Assembly: GCA_000934665.2 (NCBI GenBank)
Contig: JYFJ02003333.1
Location: 1 to 43,326, forward strand
Direction of reading: 5' to 3'
DNA from: Catajapyx aquilonaris
Taxonomy: Eukaryota
DNA length: 43,326 nucleotides
Of this stretch, positions 12,784-22,600 are shown one piece after another. The position numbers were made by a program, and so were the translations under genes. Position 1 is the first letter of the stretch, and each line of letters starts with the position of its first letter. Below the pieces are notes generated by a model. The model saw only the letters and a program-made list of their open reading frames with translations, did no database searches and was not told the DNA's origin.

Positions 12784-15700
12784 GTGGGTACAGTGCGGTA
12801 CAAAAGACTCTTTCGAAACCCTACCGTGGCTTAACCTCGGAGGTTGGAATATTTAGGACATGCTTTTTTAAAAAAATTTGAGAAGTTACGATGTGGGTAC
12901 TGTACACTGGTGCAATATACCAGGAACGAAGCAATAGTGACCCAAATGCACAAGCCTTAAGAAAATATACTGTATGTGTGAGAACGCACCGTATTAAAAC
13001 CCCTGCCGACCCACGAAACCAACTGTGTTAGTTACATTGCATATGCAGCCACAAGGCATTTGGTTTTCGACCGTCCAATGGAATTAAAATGTTCGCAACA
13101 ACTCTCTACCCGGATTAGAGGCTGGGCTTTCAGGTGGGCTTGAGTGTTATATGTTAAAGTTCACCATAGTGATTAAGCCTGTCCAGAAGAATTAAAACCC
13201 AAGTCAACGACTCTCATGCAGCCTACAGTTGAGAGAGGATGAACCATCAAGCTGCCACAGGTGCGTCAACCTGCCATACCTGAAAGCTGATCCGCATACG
13301 CAGAACGTCCATCACTGCAGGTCATTCCCAACATACGTGTAATCCTTCAAAAGCCTCCGAAGGTCGTCCTTCCCTGTACCCAACCCCTGAATTAATCCTA
13401 GGTTCCTTAACGCAACAATTCGGATTGGCTTCCTCCGAGGCATCTAAATAATCAACTCAATCTGCAGTCCCAACATAACGCAATTAGAAGAGCCATCGTC
13501 GATCATGAATTAGCCATTCTGCGCACCCCCACCCTGAAGAAGGGCGGGTTCCTCCCCCACCGCTTGACTTGATTAAACTAATTGCGTCAAGAAGTACTTC
13601 AACCTGGTTTTTGGGTGCGGGTAAGGGCGGAAAAGATGCCGTAGGAAGACGTCACTGAAGTTTGCACTGTAAATTGCCGCGATGTGAAGGTGGCGACAAG
13701 GATAAATCCTTCAGTTCGAAACGTTTCCCAAGGCGGGTCAAATCCGACCATCCTTCATCTGGACGGCCTGTATTCATCCCAGGAGTACTATCAAGCCGAA
13801 GAGACACTTTGACGTCAAAATATAAACCTATATGTGAAGGGAGGGCATTATCGATGGCCCTGTGGTTACAATTATCCCTCCCTCTACACGGAGCAAACCG
13901 ATGTACAAACCGATGGGGATTGGTCTTGTCCAGTACATACACTCGACCGACAGTAAATTGGATTAGATGCGGCCACTGTTTGTGACAGGCTTTGACCATG
14001 CAAGTAATAAAGTGCCAGCCATGATGATCATAGGGAAAAAGAACTGCGGCTTTGAAGCGCAAATTCCCGTCCAGGATGTGCTTCAGAAGCGACAACCTTA
14101 ACTCGGTCAGCAAAAGTTACACGCTGTTTTGCACACCGTGTTTGTGACAGTCGCTGTGCCGTGCGCATTTGCAGGGGAATGTTACACAAAAATTGCGTGG
14201 AGCTACCGAAGGAAACCGCATCATAATGTATGGGGCTTAGTGCGGGATGTACCAAACACTGCAGGGCAGCAATGCAGAATTTCTGGCTATTAAAATTGCA
14301 GGCATTTGCAATGTGGACACGTTAATATATATTATTTACACGTGGTTTCGCAGAATTAATAACGGTGTTTGCACTAATGGTGCCATCCACCCACGACTGC
14401 CCTATTTGTAGAGGCAATCTTGTGTGCTGCGTTTAAAGGTATATCAGGTAAACATCCTGGTCATTACGGGTTCATATCAGGTGGCAGCTATCCCACAGGC
14501 TGTTTTCCGCTAGTTCTTCGTGCAATCTCATAACAATTATTGGAATTATCATTATGGTATTAATATTATCATCATTCACAGATATACGTAGTACGTACAC
14601 TAGCCAGTTTCCCTTCCCATTCTCTAAGTCACTTTTTCTGAACATATCGCCTATAGTGAGTCGTATTATTTTGTGTTGACAGGATAAACAAAGGTTCGTG
14701 TTTTCGACAACAAGAACAGCAAACATAGCCGAATATTTTTCTTGGTAATAAGTCATGCAAATTGTTTCACGGCGCTTGAAGATCTACAGACACACTTGTT
14801 GCCATCGATTGCCGATATAGTAACGGCCAACCGGTGCAAACTTTTCAGAAGGAAGGGAATGGGGGAAAAAACTAAGTAAACTTTCGTCCCATTAATCTCT
14901 CGGTGTACACGGGAGTTCGGAGCGGTTTTTTTCCCCCCATTGCAGGTGGCAACTGCGACGGGACATTGGCCGAAAATAAAGGCAATTTTTCAAGTGTCCA
15001 CTCGACGACCCTTTCTATCATGTGTATTTTTTGCCGATATGAACCCAACCTGAAAATATTCGACGTTCTGTCCAGGTTGTGCGTAGAAAACTTTATCAAC
15101 AGCATCAATACCAGAAGGTGTTTACGATCTCTCCTCAAAAGACGCAGCCTAGCAAAAGTAATCTCACTTAAATCGCCTGCTGCCAAATTCGCATAACAAT
15201 ATAGTAATGACAAAACCTAGTTACGAGGAATCCTAACTTGATGCACACAGTTTAGTACTTTAATATATTATTTCATTCTCAAGTTATACGCGACACGTGC
15301 CATCGATCCGGAACACATCCTGTGAAATTTTTCTCTCTTTCAGGTACGATTTCATAATAAGGTATAAAAATAAATTACTTTCGCTCCAAAATACCTAAAT
15401 CCCCAACAATGCAAAACACATTTAATAAAAAATTTCAGAACCCTCTGCGCTAATACTAGACTGACAAAGGTAAAACCCGTAAGCTCCTTATCTCTCTCTA
15501 TATATATAATAAAAATAATCCCCTGTTTATTATAACATTGTAACAAGGCTGGTTTTTTCTAGGGCTCTATACTCTAACCCGAATGAGCCATTCAGACACT
15601 CGTAAAAATAAAAGTGCGCTCTGGCAAAAGCCTCGTACTATTCTGCGGTAGGACGGATCCTGGTCAAGATCAAAGGAGCTTGCTGTTCACACAGATAAGC

Positions 15701-16824
15701 CGACTCCAGAATTGTCCTTCCTGTGTGGCGGAGCAGGCAAAGAACACAATTGCGAAAACCTGGAGCAACGTCTGTGTCCAATTTCGTCGGTCTCCCAGGT
15801 AATCCCGCTCAATGTATAGGACGCAGCACTTACCAAAAGAGAAGCCTACGTCACAACTGCGCTTTTATAAGATCAGAGTTCTTTAACTCTCTCAGCGACC
15901 TGGTTACTCTGAAAGTCTCTCATCGACCTCCTTCCCTGGATTATACAGTATAGGTTTTCTTAGCATAGGCCTAAGGTGCGCCATGAGGGAAGTACGAGAT
16001 ACGACAAGGGCATGCTTTATTCCAGTTATCAATGTTGTACAACTGCAGCTTTACATGTACCTAACCTAACAATTCGTATCCTATTTAACAACTATATAGG
16101 TGTGGATCATTAAATTTTCTTGCGGGCGAATTTCGCAAATCAGCAGGGAAATTCCGTAATGTCATATACCGGACTGGACTTCCCATATCCTTGATCACAA
16201 ATAAATCATGCCATAACGACGCAATGTCAATGAAAATGTGAAAACACTGCTCTTCTTGTGATTCAGTTGTTATGGAATCAAATCCGCCATAAATATTTCG
16301 TCAGGGCACATGAGGGGTTTCTAAGCGATGAGTGCATCAGAAGGCAGCCAGGTATATAGCTACGCTACGCAGTCGTGTTAATATCTCATAAGGCTTTCTT
16401 TCTTCTGTAACGTAGAACCAAGGTCCATATGAGGTCATGGAATGGAACCCCGATAGGATGATTTGGACCATATACGGTAATAATATTAATAGCCGCTAGT
16501 GTAAAGATGTTGCGCCAAAGAACCACTAAAGCCATGTGGGTTTGAAGTACATGAGCGGAAGAAAGCAGTTCCCAAATTATTAATTTAATTACAGGATTTA
16601 TGTTGGGCTTGGTGTCGGTCAGTGTACGCATAAGTGAATAAGACGAAGAATCAGAAGCAAAATGCAGAAACTGTCTCTGACATCTCATTTATTATCTGAC
16701 AACTATACAGTACAGTATTACAAAAATTTCATCCCCAACAATATAATTAAACTAATTTTGATCCTTGGAAGCCCGTTATATGAAATCATATGGAATGCTG
16801 TAAGTCTGTAACTTTCTCTATATA

Positions 16825-17352
16825 CAGGGTGTTTACGACCTAACTTTACAAACTTCTAGGGGTAATAGAGGGGACCAAGACAAACATATTTCGCATAGGA
16901 ACCCGTGTCCGGAAACGCCATCTAGAGGGGGTTCATAGACAAGGAACGGGTGCGCTCCGACACGTCAGGAGGGGGGCATTAGCGGTCGAAGCGTTTAGTT
17001 GCTAGGTGGTGCGCGGATTGTACACAACTTCGCAATTCGCAATAACCTGGCAACAACAGAACCACCTAACAACTCAAGTCAGCATGCTAGGTAGCGCGCA
17101 GATAATAAAGAACAACTCTGTTGTTGCCAGGTTATGGCGAATTGCTGAGTTGTGTACAATCCGCGGGCCACCTAGCAACTAAACGGTCCGCTCGCTAACG
17201 CCGCCCGCCTGACGCGTCTGAGCGCACCCATTCCTTGTCTATGAACCCCCTCTAGATGGCGTTTCCGGACACGGGTTCCTAGGTGAAATATGTTTGTCTT
17301 GGTCCCCTCTATTACCCCTAGAAGTTTGTAAAGTTAGGTCGTAAACACCCTG
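16825..17352. mobile_element. 528-bp fold-back MITE, Tc1/mariner-type
   Basis: Termini CAGGGTGTTTACGACC...GGTCGTAAACACCCTG, flanked by TA on both sides (16823-16824, 17353-17354). Arms of 236 bp (16825-17060 and 17117-17352) have about 17 substitutions and no indels by manual alignment; the first ~68 bp are perfect. Spacer is 56 bp. No transposase. Confidence 0.93.
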
Positions 17353-17438
17353 TATAGGACTTGGTTGCTAGTATAGAGATATCCAGAGAGACAATCACAA
17401 ATACGTTCTCAGGGGGTGGTACCAATTTTAACCTTGCA

Positions 17439-18110
17439 CTAATCTTCAGGACTCGTAAATTCCATCCATATGCCTTCAAAAATATCTGTGAGGCCCTGCA
17501 TGAGCACCCTGTCATTAGAAATGACGCACACGTCCCAGTTGCCATATATCGCCTGGTTACTCCAGTTGAGAGATCCATGCATCCCAAATGTGTCGTCTAA
17601 AAGGACAAACTTATTATGCATCATTCCGAGTTTTAGTTTCTTCATAGCAACCGGAATCCCGGCATTTTGAAACCGCGGAATCTGTGATCTGGAAGTGTTG
17701 CTCATGTCAAACTCAGTGATGATCCTGATCTTGACACCCCTTTGGTGGCATCGCATCACTGCATCACTCAGCTCCACGTGGGTAATGAGGTACATGCATA
17801 TGTCCAATGTGCTGCTGCATCTGTCCAGATAGCCAATCATGGTTGCAACATGATCCTCTTGATGTATAAATGGTGTCATATCGAAAGTTTCATTCTCGTA
17901 ACCCCACTGGACATTCCCGATGCATGGGAAAAACATCACATGCTCCACTGAGGGTGCTTCTCCTTGTCTCATCTTCTCCCTTGCTCGTTCCTCCCTCTGC
18001 AATTGCCTCTGCCTTCTCTTCCACCAACGCATCCCCAACTTGTACACTAAGTACGCTACTGATATTGATGTGATCCTCATGACAGGCCCTGGCAACTTGA
18101 TCAAAGGCAT
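17439..18110 (-). CDS. zuc: Zucchini / MitoPLD (PLD6, mitochondrial cardiolipin hydrolase family), 223 aa, single coding exon
   Basis: Single HKD motif HNKFVLLD followed by GSLNWS...GNWD. Family segments VMFFP, LDICMYLIT, RGVKIRIIT and AGIPV are present. The N-terminal hydrophobic stretch followed by a basic patch (ITSISVAYLVYKLGMRWWKRR) resembles a mitochondrial outer-membrane anchor. In-frame TGA just upstream of the ATG. Probable 5' UTR intron acceptor (tttatttcag) at 18169-18178. Confidence 0.92.
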   Translation of the reverse strand: MPLIKLPGPVMRITSISVAYLVYKLGMRWWKRRQRQLQREERAREKMRQGEAPSVEHVMFFPCIGNVQWGYENETFDMTPFIHQEDHVATMIGYLDRCSSTLDICMYLITHVELSDAVMRCHQRGVKIRIITEFDMSNTSRSQIPRFQNAGIPVAMKKLKLGMMHNKFVLLDDTFGMHGSLNWSNQAIYGNWDVCVISNDRVLMQGLTDIFEGIWMEFTSPED

Positions 18111-19446
18111 CTTCAGTCACTCTTAAATGAAGAGTTCAGTCCTTTTTGGTAAGCTAAGCTCCAACAATCTGAAATAAATTAATGAAATTAGTTCTTCTAT
18201 CGACGCTAGCACCTTCGCAGTTGCTCTATCTGGCCGATAAACTGGTTGGTGACGTTCTCTACAGAAATGGACTATTCAATTGCCTCCTTCACAGGCCCAT
18301 AAAATGACGTATAGGGGGTAATGCCCCCCTTCCCAGTATCTCAATCTATTGGCGGAATATATGCATGGTGTGTATACTGTATATACCTAATTTCTTGTAC
18401 GTCAGTAATCGGCTTCGCCTATTACATTACTGCAAACATTACCGCTCGTAAAACCCAGCCATGTCTGAAAATACTCTCTGGCAGGTTCCCCAAATTAATA
18501 CAACGGATCTTCTAGAAAGGCAAACTGACGCAATGCAACGTAATCAGTGCCGGTAAATTCATCAAGACGGGGATTTCCTAGCTCCCGCGATAAGTAACAG
18601 ACACCCAAGATTCCCAAAGACCGGAGTAATAAAAGAAGCTAGAAAAAGAAAGCACCGCCGATCCTAATCTGGATCCCATACGATGCCGTCATAGGAAAAA
18701 CACCTGCGCACTTTTCCCCTTTGCCACAAAAGCCACTGGGCCAATTGCCTGTGGCAACTCCATTCCCAAGCGATGTGTTTTCCATAATGGAGTTTGGAGG
18801 GATGACGAGAAGAAACTCGAGCATGAAAGCATAGGCACCCAGCTCTAGTCACACTGCTCTAATGGCAGTATCAAAAGGCATGAAAACAACCCGAAAAGGA
18901 TAGGTATCTTTCTATTCAAATATTCATCTTCCGGTAGTGGTTAGCTTTTAATCCTGGAAATAACCCTCTTTTTTCCTTATGCCTATCAGTTCCGCTTGAA
19001 AAAAACTCCATAAATCCTGCAAGCAAATAGATTTCCTGATGCGCCAAGCCCACACCTTCCGCCTTTTAAATCAACCGGCCAGCTTTGGGTGCTCACGTAT
19101 CACCAATATTTGTCACCATACCGCAATCTCACCTCGTACGGATTTCGAAAAGACGCAAATTAATGCCGCCAGGCATCCGTTTTTGATGCTGCGAAGTGGG
19201 GGTCAGCACCTAATTGCATAACGATCCATGTCCGCAAATTCTGCAGGAAGCTCCGATGTGTCCGCTTCCTTGACTGGAAACAAGCAGCCGGAGATTCTCC
19301 AAGAGCTTATGCAAAACCCTTTCCTGCATGGGTCAGTTCCATTAGACTACATATCTACCCTAGATCCAAATAACTGCCCATCCCCCCCCCCCCCCTCTCT
19401 CCCCACTCTTTCCATGGGCAACCAATTGCGTGTGGGAGTCCGCTTC

Positions 19447-19525
19447 CACGTGATCGGTGCCGGAGTGTGGGACGCGAGCAACTCCAGTATATATAGGAGA
19501 GGCGCCAAGCTCAAGTCGCAGTGGT
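19447..19525 (+). promoter_or_regulatory. Probable core promoter of the orcokinin gene (E-box, TATA box, Inr-like)
   Basis: CACGTG at 19447-19452, TATATATA at 19488-19495 and GCAGT (Inr-like) at 19518-19522, about 30 bp after the TATA box. There is no intervening ATG before the signal-peptide start at 19674. Confidence 0.6.
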
Positions 19526-19673
19526 CCAGTGGAAGCAGCAAACTTTTGTGGGAAATAACAGGGCCCCTCCCCTCCCTCCCCTCATCCCACCAACCACCAA
19601 ACGCGATATCCTCGCATTAATTTTCAAACAAAAAAAAAAGAAGAAGGGTGACACCTTAGATCTGTCCAGGAAG

Positions 19674-22600
19674 ATGTACAGCATAGATCGCACTCTCACA
19701 TTGCTGGCTGCTATAGGCTTCTGGGCCACAATCGCTTGCGGCAAGACCCTCAGTCAGGTAAGTGTTGTAGAAATAGGAAAATATAATAGAAATATGTAGT
19801 TTTAACGAAATGATGTTTAAAAAAAATAATTGGCTAGCAAGATGAAAGTTTCCTCAGTTTGTTATGCGAATGGTCGTTTACAAATGACATAATGCATGCT
19901 TCCTATAAAATGTAGCATGTCCAGCACTTGTCAACAAGACCTGTTGCTCCTTGGAGTGTCTATTTTCGTCAATATTTGGTAGGATGGAGCGGGTGCATGC
20001 AAATTTGCTCAGTGGTTCACAGTTGATCAATGGGCTCGCTGGAAAAAATAATTATAGGGGGAAAAGAATTCGCAGTAATCGAGGGCTTAGATTCAGTACT
20101 TACAGGAAATTGCGGGCAGTAATCTCAACTGAATGGCTTCTTTTTTTTGCCTACTCTAGACGGGTGTAGACTCAGCATTTTAATTTCCCGCCCGTTGTTG
20201 CTGGGAAGTTCAATTTATGTTCTGGCCAAATCTGTCCGATTAGTTCAGACGACCAAGTGCTAATCCATTCAGGCGGCAAAACGAAGGGATGTAGAGGCTC
20301 AAAATCAGACTCGGATCAAGTAACAGAAGATACAGATCACATTGCAGGAAGAGCTATGTCATCCGCTTTTATCTATAAAGAGGGCTTACCACACCCTATA
20401 TGTAGAACATAGAAAAACTCTCGCTTTGCTAACGAATAACAGCATTCAATAACGCTTTTCCGATAATACATGGCAGGAATGCAGGTGTTGACTCGAATGT
20501 GGAAATCCACAGAATCATGAGCAGAACACAAATCAAGTTTATGGTGTCAGATGTAAATTACAGCACGAATGTGGGGGCCGTCCTGAACAGCATGCATGCT
20601 GTGGTGAATTTGCAAAGTGTGTGTATAGGATTCCGCTGACACATACAGGAGAGCTCAGATGATGAGGCCGGAAGGTCTTGCTGCTTGTATTCGTGAAGAA
20701 GTCCCTATACTTGCTCACAAATTATGATTCCGGATATCATTCTCATTAAGAGACGCAAATTATTGTCTCGAGAGATGCAGACCCCTAATAAGCGGGTCAG
20801 TTCATAACACACTGCGTAATAATCAGCTTCTATTTCTGTAGGAAGTCCCGATGTGCACGCTTAGCTGAGAGTATATAAAAGGCCTCGTATTCTTGTAGGT
20901 TATGCGCAAAACTAATAATGGGAAACACTATACCAGGTCACAGCCATACGATATTGAACGTGTAAACCTCCTGCTTTTCATTCCAAAATTCCGAGCTGCT
21001 TTGATTTCTTTAATAGATTTAGCCAATCCATCATAAACCGTTTATTCGGAGTTGTCGTCAATTTATTAAACATGCCATTAAAATATTGATTACTTGTGAT
21101 ACTGTCTTGGGAAGGCGGGAAAGCTAGAGCAAAAGAATGTTTCATGTGAGAATCAATACAAGCAATACTGAGTTACATATGCTGCAACATAATGCACTCC
21201 CGCTAATAAAAACGGTTCTACAGGCACATAAAACAGTGTAACACATTTACACAACCTTTTCTATCTAGTGATTTTCCTATGCACTACACAACACCGCTGT
21301 TTTATGCAGTTTAACTAGCAGAAATGCATGGCAATTTTCAAATATCCATACAGTCCGAGTCATGTTTATTAATAAACATTACAGTCGCATATCCCGAAGA
21401 GAGACTGACGCTAAAAAGCCCGTCCTTTCGGAGTAGCTAAATATAGGTAACTGGCGGCAACTGTCACGGGCCCGAATGCTGCAATGCTGTACAAGCTTTT
21501 AGACTTTTAAATATTTTAACAACTAGCTATAAAAAACTTACGATTAAATATCTATCCTACCATTTAATGCATTCACGAGCTAATACCAAGTGATCTGCAT
21601 CGCGCCAAAGTGCCTACAAATTACGGAATAATTGATACGTGAAAATGTATACAGTTTAGACATGCATTATTTAAATTCAGGGAACTTCAAAAGAACCGAA
21701 TGCCCCAAATGTTTCGAATCAACCCCGTCGACAGCAAGAGCATTAAAATGTCGCACTGGGGGCACTCTTTTTTCGATCCGGCATTTCAGCAATCACGAGT
21801 TACAAAGTGTCTCCAAACCAACAACCCGTCAATCCTTCTATTTAATTTTCACTGACGCCATCAAGAGACATGACCTCTACCATTCTACCCGCAACCAACC
21901 CATCGATCAAAAATGTTTCAACCAGCAAAAATGATGGCCCCTATACGGCATACTACATCGAAACTGATATTAACCCAAACTCTCCAACAAGACAAATATT
22001 CTATCCACGTCCACATTTTATCGGAAACTGTACTCGACCATTTCCACTTACGCGGGGAAAAAAAATTTCAAGCAGTTTGGACTCAAAAAGTAGCTCTCTT
22101 TAAATCCCTTCCCACGATGGTCATGATATGGTCGAATCTGGTGTTGAATACGTATCACTTCAATCCCGTTCATACGAAAGCGTTAGTATGCGACGCAGCT
22201 TCGCCCAAAAACTGTGCAAAAGCATTCGTTAGAATTACGCTGTAACGCATATTTATTTTGCCCACCCAAGCTCAGCAGGTCGTATAAATCGAAAATCGAA
22301 ATAAAGTACCGGTGGCATGTGGTCGGAAATGAGCCCTGGGATCGTGGCCTGGGTGTGAAGTTATCAGGATAAAAAATTGAAAAGTGCATTAGTATGCATT
22401 CGTTTTCTTTCCTTGAAAATTGGAAAGGGATGAGCATATGTGTGCCACACATTATTCACTGGGTTGCAGGCAGAAGTTGTCATTATTCACATCTCACCGG
22501 AGAGATTCGAAACAAATGAATCCAATTTTACTCAAGTCGACACGATAAACGCGTGATGTATGAGTGTACTGAAGGGATATCGCCTGAAACATGACCTCCC

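Noticed and set aside
14858..14941. Inverted pair aatgggggaaaaaac / gtttttttccccccatt
   Set aside because: Made of homopolymer runs, with no TSD and low information content.
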